24,000 nt of DNA. Origin: Blastocatellia bacterium. GTDB taxonomy: Bacteria; Acidobacteriota; Blastocatellia; Pyrinomonadales; Pyrinomonadaceae. The position numbers were made by a program, and so were the translations under genes. The stretch covers positions 1 to 24,000 of the forward strand of contig DNND01000024.1 in NCBI GenBank assembly GCA_003488005.1. The letters are read 5' to 3'. The notes under the pieces were generated by a model. That model searched no databases. It saw only the letters and a program-made list of their open reading frames with translations, and was not told where the DNA came from. Positions 7,062 to 14,898 of the stretch are shown piece by piece. Each line of letters begins with the position of its first letter. Within the stretch, counting starts at the first letter, position 1.

Positions 7062-8943
7062 CGAAGTCCTCCCTCGCGTTCACTTTGACGTAAAGATCTC
7101 TACGGTCGTCAAATCCCTTTACACTAACCTTAAACTCGGGCGCTTTTACCGCAACGACGATATTGTTATGTATCAGTCGCTTACGCTCTACGCCTTCCTC
7201 GACAACGGAAAGTTGGGCTAGGTCGAAATCGACAGGCTCATACTTATTCAAAGGATTGCCTCGCCTGATATCATAAGCCACTCGGATGTCTAGGAAAGCA
7301 GGAATGCTTTCTGCCTTGGGACCTTGAGTCACCGAGAACCCTCCAGCAACTTTTTGAACAATAAAGCGTCGAGGCCTGGGGGGAGGAAACGTCGGCTTTA
7401 GCTTTCTAGAAGGCTCACTTTCTTTTTCTTCCGGCTCTTCTGGCTGCTCTTCTACCTCTGGCAGAAAAAACAAATCGAGAAGAAGCGTTGGATCGATCTG
7501 AGCCTCACCTTCAGACAGTATTTGAAGGATCTCATGGATGCTCCGCACTACGAATTGGATATAAGCCGGGCCGTAGAAATACTTGCCTTTATAATTTGAC
7601 GAGTCTCTTTGCCATTGCGTGTGAGCCGGATTTTCTGAATCACCGAGTAAAGTGGCCAAGGGTTCATCTTCTACAACCACGAGCGATGTGACGCCCCGGT
7701 TTCGCGGAGATCTTATGTCTGAAATGATGATCCCTTCCCGAATAAAAACCGGCCGACCGCCTTCGGATTGCATATCGCGGACAAGAAATACATCAAAAAA
7801 GGACGGTCTTGGATCCTCATTCTTTTTTCGAACGACTAATGGCACTCGTAAAGCAAGGCGTTCTCCCGCTTTGAGCAATGCACTAATCGTCTTTAGCTGT
7901 TCGTCCGAAATAAGTTCAGGAGACCATGCCGGGCCGCGATTGCTTGGAGGCGCTGAAAGGTGCAAGAGGTCATTCGGTCTTCGCTGAGTGGCCCAATCAG
8001 CCATCTCAAGCACAGCTGTAAAACCTTGGGGCAACCGATCCGCGATGCCGCGGCTTACTCCCAAAAGTGTCTCGTGATTTATCAATGTATCCGATTCGGG
8101 CGTCGACACTGTTACCTGAAGTGTGGCTGCAAGGATCGGGTAAAAGTAATCCCGACAAACGGCTTCAACTATCGCTTCCGCGTCTATTTCCGGATCGCAC
8201 CAAGGAACCACTACAGAAAGTCCAGGCTCCGATCCTCTCGTCAATCTAAAGTCTTCAATAAATCTTTCGATTGGCCTTGGTTCGTCAATGGGCAACGTGA
8301 GGTTATCGTCCGGTTTCACTCCGTAGTAACCGTCGGGAGAGTAATATGCATCAGCCGCATAGTGCGATTTCAATATGGATCCACCCATCAGCAGTCGCTT
8401 CCTATCATCTGCTCTTACGGTAAGGCCGAAGTATGAGCTTACCCGACTTGATCTTGGGAAAACTGTCTTGCCAACTCCCCACCGACCCCGATCATGTTCT
8501 CCCTTGTCGGACTGTCCCTCGGCCCTAAAGAAATAGTAGAAAGGATTCCTGGTGCCCGGCAGATCGTGCCATTGCCTGACGTCTCCAGTCAGACCTGAAG
8601 TGCCGAAATCTTCTATTGCCAGAAATGGGCAACTCTCATTTTTTGTGGGCGCGTCATGGAGACCGTTTCCGGTTGCGGAGATATGAGGCCAACTACCGGC
8701 CATGTAAGCCCCAACGATGTGAGGGGCCAGCGCGCCGCCATCCCCTGAAACATATATCCTCACGCCAACGGTCTTATCGTCTAGGGCCGCGTCAAGAGCG
8801 TTTTGAATCGATTCTCGGATCAATGCCTCTGCCGGGTTCTTTATGGCATCGGTAGCAAAAAACTCCCCTAAGACAGGTTCGCGGTTCTTGTCTCCAGGCT
8901 TTGGTTGGTTGAAGTACCATTGTGAAGTCATAGTCTTTCTCAA
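7045..8943 (-). CDS. GHKL (Bergerat-fold, Hsp90/MORC/MutL-like) ATPase with a large uncharacterised C-terminal region
   Basis: N-box E44-SIQ-N48-ALDA, motif II D112-F-G-T-S-G, motif III G153-RW-G-V-G-K, in the canonical order and spacing. An acidic linker EVEEQPEEPEEKESEP lies near residue 500. The start is TTG at 8943 (overlapping the upstream TGA) or ATG at 8931. Confidence 0.8.
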   Translation of the reverse strand: MRKTMTSQWYFNQPKPGDKNREPVLGEFFATDAIKNPAEALIRESIQNALDAALDDKTVGVRIYVSGDGGALAPHIVGAYMAGSWPHISATGNGLHDAPTKNESCPFLAIEDFGTSGLTGDVRQWHDLPGTRNPFYYFFRAEGQSDKGEHDRGRWGVGKTVFPRSSRVSSYFGLTVRADDRKRLLMGGSILKSHYAADAYYSPDGYYGVKPDDNLTLPIDEPRPIERFIEDFRLTRGSEPGLSVVVPWCDPEIDAEAIVEAVCRDYFYPILAATLQVTVSTPESDTLINHETLLGVSRGIADRLPQGFTAVLEMADWATQRRPNDLLHLSAPPSNRGPAWSPELISDEQLKTISALLKAGERLALRVPLVVRKKNEDPRPSFFDVFLVRDMQSEGGRPVFIREGIIISDIRSPRNRGVTSLVVVEDEPLATLLGDSENPAHTQWQRDSSNYKGKYFYGPAYIQFVVRSIHEILQILSEGEAQIDPTLLLDLFFLPEVEEQPEEPEEKESEPSRKLKPTFPPPRPRRFIVQKVAGGFSVTQGPKAESIPAFLDIRVAYDIRRGNPLNKYEPVDFDLAQLSVVEEGVERKRLIHNNIVVAVKAPEFKVSVKGFDDRRDLYVKVNAREDFDDSTN

Positions 8944-9350
8944 AAACCCTTTCCGCTTAAGTGAATTAAGCCTCGCTTGAAACCATTTCTCCGGCGCTCA
9001 ATGTCCTTTGCGAAACGCAAGCCCATCTTAGTAAGACGCCATCCGCCTTCCCAGTCACCAAGCGCATATTTCCACTCCGCCTCTGTTGCTTTGGCGAGAA
9101 CCAATTGGATAAGGGCAAGGTCAGGCACTTTCTTCCCGTCGACCCAAGTGAAGAAGTCGTCGGGATATGTAGCATTCGCCTGTGCAGCAATTCTTTCAAT
9201 TCGAACTTTACTCCGACTGGCGTTACAAAGGTAAAGGACAAAGGCCATTTCGGGAATTAACGATCCCCAACTGGTGCGGTGTTGCCGCTGTAGATTCTCG
9301 TAGTATTTCGGCGCCCAAGGGAAAGAATTAGATACTCTTGCTGTACTCAT
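8940..9350 (-). CDS. Hypothetical small protein, gene B of the GHKL operon
   Basis: 136-aa ORF. ATG at 9350 with AAGGA upstream; the stop overlaps or abuts the GHKL gene start. Possibly a winged-helix fold (weak impression only). Confidence 0.65.
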   Translation of the reverse strand: MSTARVSNSFPWAPKYYENLQRQHRTSWGSLIPEMAFVLYLCNASRSKVRIERIAAQANATYPDDFFTWVDGKKVPDLALIQLVLAKATEAEWKYALGDWEGGWRLTKMGLRFAKDIERRRNGFKRGLIHLSGKGF

Positions 9351-9401
9351 TTATTTGTTATTCCTTATCCAAGAAGTCCGACGATAGTTGGTTTCCAAGG
9401 C

Positions 9402-10043
9402 TTATCCTGCATATGGCGACAGTTCGTTCCAGTGCGTAGTCGCCGCCGCATTAAGACTTTCTCCGTTCACTACACTGTAGCCTTGCCTTCCATGGGCTTG
9501 GACCAATCCTTCGTGACGCAACCAAGCGAGGCAGAGGTAGCTCTGATAGTTTGGAACTGGTGAGCCCTCATCAGCACCGAGCGGGAATACATCGTCAGCT
9601 GTGAAGATTGTCCCACCAGAGCCTACGACTGTGAGCTTTGAGACCAGTTGCATCAAAACGGAATGGGGGGCTTTATGGTGATACTCAGCCCGTTCGCGCT
9701 TGGACCAGCCAATCTTCATAAGTTCTCCAGAGGTTCGAAAGAATTTTGGGTACCGACCTGCCAAACGCGCCTTTTGCGAACCCTTTGAAGGGAGGGAATC
9801 CGAGCCGGTCCGGCCGGTAATCGTTCGCTGGGGCGAAGCCTGAGAACCTCCCGGTATTTGTTTGGCGGGCGCTAGTTCAGCTTTTGCATCCTCGACCAAT
9901 CCTCCGAGAACTCTTGCCCATGAAGTGAGCTTGATTACAGCTCCGTAATCGCCCTCTGAAGCAGCAGTGCTGACTAATCGCTGGAGGCCTTTTTCACAAT
10001 CTTCCAAGAGTCTGACGGCGTTTATGCTATCCATGGCTACCAT
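9402..10043 (-). CDS. Hypothetical protein, gene A (first) of the GHKL operon; possible C-terminal winged-helix
   Basis: 213-aa ORF with a helical N-terminus, a disordered Ser/Gly/Gln linker and the C-terminal segment NYQSYLCLAWLRHEGLVQAHGRQGYSV (wHTH-like). The start is ambiguous. The ATG at 10043 overlaps a consensus -10 box, so the ATG at 10034 (MDSINAV) is preferred if the promoter is real. Confidence 0.65.
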   Translation of the reverse strand: MVAMDSINAVRLLEDCEKGLQRLVSTAASEGDYGAVIKLTSWARVLGGLVEDAKAELAPAKQIPGGSQASPQRTITGRTGSDSLPSKGSQKARLAGRYPKFFRTSGELMKIGWSKRERAEYHHKAPHSVLMQLVSKLTVVGSGGTIFTADDVFPLGADEGSPVPNYQSYLCLAWLRHEGLVQAHGRQGYSVVNGESLNAAATTHWNELSPYAG

Positions 10044-10069
10044 TATACCCGAAATACACCGAATGTCAA
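10042..10069 (-). promoter_or_regulatory. Consensus sigma70-type promoter of the GHKL operon, predicting a leaderless mRNA
   Basis: The minus strand reads TTGACA-(16 nt: ttcggtgtatttcggg)-TATAAT-ggtagcc-ATG. The -35 is at 10064-10069 and the -10 at 10042-10047. The second ATG (10034) sits 8 nt after the -10. Confidence 0.5.
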
Positions 10070-10290
10070 TTCCCTCTATGTTGTCGTATAGGCTATTATA
10101 GTCGCTAGGTTACCTACAGGCAATGACTCGATTTTCGTTTGCTGACTGTGTTCGGGTGGTTCCGCTGCATATCGTTAGCTTTTGCGTGGGCTTTCAGTCG
10201 CACCCAAGTCGTCGATTTGGATTAATCCTTCTTTACGAGCGCGGCTTTCAGCTAGGATGAGCGGATAAAGGAGTCAACGAAAGGAGCTGA

Positions 10291-10734
10291 GTGATGGGAA
10301 AAATTAATTACGGACGCTTGATTGCCGGGGCGCTGTTGGCGGCGGTGTTTTATTTTATCGCTGATGGGTTTATTCATGGCGCACTGCTGGGGCATTACCA
10401 CATGGAGGCGATATCGAGGGCGGGGTACCCGCTCACGGCTGACAACACTTCGTTTATTTACTTCGGGCTTTTCGATTTGGGTAAGGGACTGGTCGTGATG
10501 CTGATCTATGTGGCGGCCCGTTCGCGGTTTGGGGCTGGGGCGAAGACCGCGGTGTGGGCCGGGTTGGTGGCGTGGCTCGCAATTGCAGTGCTGCCGTCCA
10601 TTGAGTGGATGCCGTTTCCTTTTTACGGGAAGAGCTTTTGGGTGAAGGTGATGGTGCTGGAAATTTTGCCGATGTTGGTTGGCTCGATACTCGGTGCGTG
10701 GGTTTATCGGGAGCCAAAGGCGGAAGAAAATTAG
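10291..10734 (+). CDS. Small integral membrane protein (about 4 TM helices)
   Basis: Hydrophobic segments LIAGALLAAVFYFIADGFI, IYFGLFDLGKGLVVMLIYV, AVWAGLVAWLAIAVL and VKVMVLEILPMLVGSILGAWV. SD AAAGGAG lies 7 nt before the ATG at 10294 (GTG at 10291 in the track). Confidence 0.75.
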   Translation: MMGKINYGRLIAGALLAAVFYFIADGFIHGALLGHYHMEAISRAGYPLTADNTSFIYFGLFDLGKGLVVMLIYVAARSRFGAGAKTAVWAGLVAWLAIAVLPSIEWMPFPFYGKSFWVKVMVLEILPMLVGSILGAWVYREPKAEEN

Positions 10735-10746
10735 CCGCGGATTTTC

Positions 10747-10840
10747 GCGGAGTGACGCGGATTCAGAACGCAGACGGCAGGAGCAGTAGGCAGCAGGCAG
10801 CAGGCAGCAGGCAGCAGGCAGCAGGCAGCAGGCAGACAGC
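10747..10840. repeat. Heptamer tandem array including 6 perfect AGCAGGC units
   Basis: GCGGATT CAGAACG CAGACGG CAGGAGC AGTAGGC (AGCAGGC)x6 AGACAGC, all in one 7-nt phase. It begins 13 nt after the membrane-protein stop codon. Confidence 0.9.
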
Positions 10841-10911
10841 GAAAAGCCCAAAACATTATCCGCAGATTACGCCGATTACAAAGATCCGCGATAAAACTTC
10901 TATTTGCATTT

Positions 10912-11065
10912 CGGCTGTGCCGTCTGATGTGCGGTGGCGGCTCCGCCCCACCGGAAATGTCGCTCGTTCTTTTTGGGGGCTACGCCCTGGAGTGGGCATA
11001 GCCCAAGATCTTTTTCAGTGGTTTCGGAAGGTCAAAGACCTTCCGCACATCAGACGGCACAGCCG
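10912..11065. mobile_element. MITE-like / structured palindromic element (family C) with perfect 23-bp terminal inverted repeats
   Basis: cggctgtgccgtctgatgtgcgg (10912-10934) is the exact reverse complement of 11043-11065. The 108-bp interior contains further hairpins (gggctacgccc..gggcatagccc; cggaaggtc-aaa-gaccttccg). No ORF. Confidence 0.6.
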
Positions 11066-11233
11066 CTTCCCTAAGCAATCGCTGAGTTCTCTGTCCCTCA
11101 TTGTGAAACGGGCGTCAAGCAAAAACCCACCGCTGAGACACAGAAAGCACAAAGGCCGCATAGAGATATTGAAATTAGCCATTCTTATCAGGCGGTCTAG
11201 CTTCGGGTTTGCTAACTCGGATAGAATGCGTGG

Positions 11234-11324
11234 GCAAGTAAATCGTGAATCGTAAATCGTGAATCGATCAGCAAGAAGCTGAGAGCTATCGGCTGTTAGC
11301 GTTCAGCAATCAGCCAGCAGGCCG
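11234..11324. repeat. Heptamer tandem array upstream of the BNR gene
   Basis: GCAAGTA AATCGTG AATCGTA AATCGTG AATCGAT CAGCAAG AAGCTGA GAGCTAT CGGCTGT TAGCGTT CAGCAAT CAGCCAG CAGGCCG, all in phase. The AATCGTG unit is the same as in the arrays at 1734-1747 and 23605-23678. Confidence 0.75.
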
Positions 11325-11367
11325 AACCCCAAACCATACTCGTTCAATTGAGGAGATAGTTTTCTCT

Positions 11368-14300
11368 ATGCGCCGCTTTGTCATCGTTACTTCAAAACCG
11401 CGACGGTTCTTTTTTCAACTTGCTTCTCTTAGATCGGCTCTACTTCAAACTCCATTTCATCTGGCGCTCTTTCTTACCGTGACGCTTAGCCTGGCGGCGG
11501 TGTTATTCATGATGATGCCAAATTCTGCGTTCGCGCAGGAGGAGAAGCGCGCCGAACGCGAGGCGGCGCAGCGCGCCAAAGCGGAAGCCGCGGCCAAACA
11601 ACAGGCTTCGCCGGAAGCGAGCCCGCAATCGTCACCTGACGCTGCTGGAACAACGAAGGAGGAAAAGAAACCGGGCGAAGAAGACGACAACAAACCGAAG
11701 GACCCGATGGCTTCGGCGACATTCAATGGTTTGAAGTTTCGCGCCATTGGACCAGCATTCACTTCCGGTCGCGTAATCGGTTTCGCGATTGATCCAAATA
11801 ATGCCGCGCGCTACTTCGTCGCCTCCGCGTCGGGCGGCGTCTGGAAAACCATCAACAACGGCGCCACCTGGACGCCGGTGTTCGAGAAAGAAAGTTCTTA
11901 TTCCATCGGCGCGATCGCGCTCGATCCGAAAAATCCGCTGACCGTTTGGGTAGGCACGGGCGAGAACAACAGCCAGCGCAGCGTCTCGTACGGCAACGGC
12001 GTTTACCGTTCCGACGACGGCGGCAAGAGCTGGAAGAACATGGGGCTGAAGACTTCGGAACACATCGGCCGCATTGCGATCGATCCGCGAGATTCAGAAA
12101 CAGTATATGTTGCGGCGCAGGGACCGCTGTGGGGACCGGGCGGCGATCGCGGACTCTACAAGACAACTGACGGCGGTAAGAGCTGGAAAAAAATTCTTTC
12201 GATCAGCGACAACACCGGCGTCACTGAGATTGTTATCGACCAACAGAATCCTGACACGCTTTACGCGGCAGCCTATCAACGCCGCCGACACATGTGGACT
12301 TTGATTAACGGCGGACCGGAAAGTGCGATCTACAAATCAACCGACGCCGGCACGACCTGGAACAAGTTGAAAGCCGGATTGCCCACAACCGACTTAGGAC
12401 GCGTCGGTTTGGCGATTTCACCGGTTGATTCAAATGTGATTTACGCGACGGTGGAAGCGGCAGACAAAAAGGGCGGCATCTTTCGTTCAAGCGATCGCGG
12501 CGGCAGTTGGGAGCGCCGCAACGAGTTTGACGTGACCGCGATGTACTACGCGCGCATTGTTGCCGATCCGAAAATCGTGGATCGCCTTTACGTGATGAAT
12601 GTTTTTCTGATGGTGTCCGACGACGGCGGCAAAACTTTGCGACGGCTGGGCGAGAAATCAAAGCACGTCGACAACCACGACATCTGGATCGATCCCAACA
12701 ACAACGATCATTACCTGGTTGGCTGTGATGGCGGCGTCTATGAAAGCCTCGACCGCGGCGCGAACTGGGATTTCAAACGCAACCTGCCGATTACCCAGTT
12801 TTACGACGTGACGACAGACAATGCGACGCCGTTCTACAACGTCTTTGGTGGGGCGCAGGACAACTTTAGTGTCGGTGGTCCAGCGCGCACACGCAGCGCG
12901 TCAGGCATCACTAATGCGGATTGGTTTGTAACGTTGGGTGGCGATGGTTTTCGCACGCAAGTCGATCAGGAAGACCCAAACACAATCTATTCGGAGTATC
13001 AAAATGGCGGCCTGTCGCGTTTTGATAAGCGCACTGGCGAGCGCCTCGCGATTCAGCCGGCGCTCGGCCGCGGCGAAGATCCGCTGCGCTGGAACTGGGA
13101 CTCGCCTTTCATTCTCAGTCCGCACCTGCACACGCGCATCTACTTCGCCGCCGACAAACTTTTTCGCAGCGACGATCGCGGCGATAGCTGGACCGTAGTC
13201 AGCGGACAACTTTCGCGCGGGCTGGATCGCGACAAGCTGCCGGTGATGGGAAAAATCTGGGGCGTGGACGCGGTCGCGAAGAATGCGTCAACGGCGTTCT
13301 TTGGCAACGCTTCGGCGCTGGCTGAGTCGCCCAGGAAAGATGGGTTGATTTACGTCGGCACCGACGATGGTTTGATTCAGGTCACTGAAGACGGCGGCAA
13401 GAATTGGCGGCGGCTGGAAAAGTTTCCCGGCGTAGCCGATATGTCTTACGTGAGCCGCATTACCGCTTCGAATCACGGCGTGAACACTGTGTATGCCGCG
13501 TTTGACAATCATCAGAACGCAGACTTCAAACCGTATCTTTTGAAGAGCACGGACGCCGGGCGCAGCTGGATTTCCATTGCCGGCAACCTGCCCAAGAATG
13601 GACCAGTGTGGGCCATTGCGGAAGATCACGTGAATCCGAATCTGCTGTTTGCAGGCACTGAGTTTGGTTTGTACTTCTCGGTTGACGGTGGACAGAAATG
13701 GATTCAACTCAAGGGCGGCCTGCCGACGATCGCCGTGCGCGACATCAACATTCAGAAACGCGAAAACGATTTGGTGCTCGGCACGTTTGGCCGCGGCATT
13801 TACATTCTCGACGACTACACGCCGCTGCGATCACTGACGCCGGAGATGTTGAAGCAGGACGCGCTCACTTTTCCGGTCGAAGACGCGTTGATGTACATCC
13901 AGTCGCAGCCGTTGGGTGGTCGTGGCAAGAGTTTTCAGGGCGAATCTTTTTACACGGCTGAGAATCCGCCGTTCGGCGCGACTTTTACTTACTATTTGAA
14001 AGAAGAGTTGAAGACAGGCAAGGCCAGGCGTCAGGCGGCTGAAAAAGAAGCCGAGAAAAAAGGCGCGGTCGTCGTATTGCCGAACGCAGCGCAGCTAAGC
14101 GCGGAAGAAGAAGAAGAAGCGCCGGCGGTGATCATTACAATCAGCGATGCTGACGGCCAGGTGGTGCGGCGTCTGACTGGACCAGTGACGGCGGGCATGC
14201 AGCGCGTTTCGTGGGACCTTCGTTATCCGCCCGCGTCTTTGCCGCCGCCGCCAAATCCGGAAACAGAGAATCCGTTCGACGATCCGCCGGGTGGTCCATT

Positions 14301-14898
14301 GGTGATGCCGGGCAGCTACAAAGTTTCGTTTGCCCGGCGCGTTGCCGGAGTCATGACGCCGCTGGCGCAACCACAGGATTTTCGCATCGTGGTTGAAGGC
14401 CAGGAGAACATGACGCCGGCCGATCGCACGGCGCTGGTTGAGTTTCAGCGAAAGGCAGCAAGATTGCAGCGCGCGGTTAGTGGCGCGCTTGACGCTGCGA
14501 ATGCATTGAAGCCGCGGTTGGCACTGATAAAGCGCGCGCTGCTGGATACGCCGTCGGCGGGGGACCGCTTGTTGGACCAGGCCGCGGCGCTGGATAAACG
14601 CGCCAATGACATTCTGCGTTCACTGCGGGGCGACAACGCGCTGCGCGCGCGCAACATGAATGTGCCGCCGTCGATCGCGGATCGTGTTGGTGACATCGTT
14701 GGTTCGCAACGTACCTCGACGGCGCGGCCGACGCAGACGCAAATCAATCAATACAACTTGGCGGCGCAGGAGTTTGAGCAGACGCTCGCGCAACTGCGGC
14801 AACTAATTGAGGTGGATCTGGCGCGGTTGGAGAAAGAGATGGAAGCAGCCGGCGCGCCGTGGACGCCTGGTCGAGTGCCGGAGTGGCGGGACCAGTGA
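11368..14898 (+). CDS. Secreted BNR/Asp-box repeat protein (sortilin-Vps10 / GH74-like beta-propeller glycosidase family)
   Basis: At least 10 Asp-box motifs (SxDxGxxW): SDDGGKSW, TTDGGKSW, STDAGTTW, SSDRGGSW, SDDGGKTL, SLDRGANW, SDDRGDSW, TEDGGKNW, STDAGRSW, SVDGGQKW. N-terminal signal peptide ending AFA-QEE, then a low-complexity Ala/Glu/Pro linker. The C-terminus looks coiled-coil-like. Confidence 0.85.
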   Translation: MRRFVIVTSKPRRFFFQLASLRSALLQTPFHLALFLTVTLSLAAVLFMMMPNSAFAQEEKRAEREAAQRAKAEAAAKQQASPEASPQSSPDAAGTTKEEKKPGEEDDNKPKDPMASATFNGLKFRAIGPAFTSGRVIGFAIDPNNAARYFVASASGGVWKTINNGATWTPVFEKESSYSIGAIALDPKNPLTVWVGTGENNSQRSVSYGNGVYRSDDGGKSWKNMGLKTSEHIGRIAIDPRDSETVYVAAQGPLWGPGGDRGLYKTTDGGKSWKKILSISDNTGVTEIVIDQQNPDTLYAAAYQRRRHMWTLINGGPESAIYKSTDAGTTWNKLKAGLPTTDLGRVGLAISPVDSNVIYATVEAADKKGGIFRSSDRGGSWERRNEFDVTAMYYARIVADPKIVDRLYVMNVFLMVSDDGGKTLRRLGEKSKHVDNHDIWIDPNNNDHYLVGCDGGVYESLDRGANWDFKRNLPITQFYDVTTDNATPFYNVFGGAQDNFSVGGPARTRSASGITNADWFVTLGGDGFRTQVDQEDPNTIYSEYQNGGLSRFDKRTGERLAIQPALGRGEDPLRWNWDSPFILSPHLHTRIYFAADKLFRSDDRGDSWTVVSGQLSRGLDRDKLPVMGKIWGVDAVAKNASTAFFGNASALAESPRKDGLIYVGTDDGLIQVTEDGGKNWRRLEKFPGVADMSYVSRITASNHGVNTVYAAFDNHQNADFKPYLLKSTDAGRSWISIAGNLPKNGPVWAIAEDHVNPNLLFAGTEFGLYFSVDGGQKWIQLKGGLPTIAVRDINIQKRENDLVLGTFGRGIYILDDYTPLRSLTPEMLKQDALTFPVEDALMYIQSQPLGGRGKSFQGESFYTAENPPFGATFTYYLKEELKTGKARRQAAEKEAEKKGAVVVLPNAAQLSAEEEEEAPAVIITISDADGQVVRRLTGPVTAGMQRVSWDLRYPPASLPPPPNPETENPFDDPPGGPLVMPGSYKVSFARRVAGVMTPLAQPQDFRIVVEGQENMTPADRTALVEFQRKAARLQRAVSGALDAANALKPRLALIKRALLDTPSAGDRLLDQAAALDKRANDILRSLRGDNALRARNMNVPPSIADRVGDIVGSQRTSTARPTQTQINQYNLAAQEFEQTLAQLRQLIEVDLARLEKEMEAAGAPWTPGRVPEWRDQ

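Noticed and set aside
7488-8436. Several plus-strand ORFs (60-158 aa) antisense to the GHKL ATPase gene, and 21824-22336 antisense to korA
   Set aside because: They are shadow ORFs inside long, motif-supported minus-strand genes.
2633-10250. Calling the accessory island a defined mobile element (integrative element or prophage remnant)
   Set aside because: I found no integrase, transposase, tRNA attachment site or flanking direct repeats. Only composition and gene content suggest foreign origin, so it is reported as a finding and not as a mobile_element feature.
10252-11255. ORFs 10252-10851 (minus, 199 aa) and 10605-11255 (plus, 216 aa)
   Set aside because: Both are held open by the heptamer array (ACCLLPAACCLLPAA / QQAAGSRQQAAGSRQ) and the MITE-like element. 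The plus-strand 147-aa membrane protein, with an SD and clear TM helices, explains the coding signal at 10291-10734.
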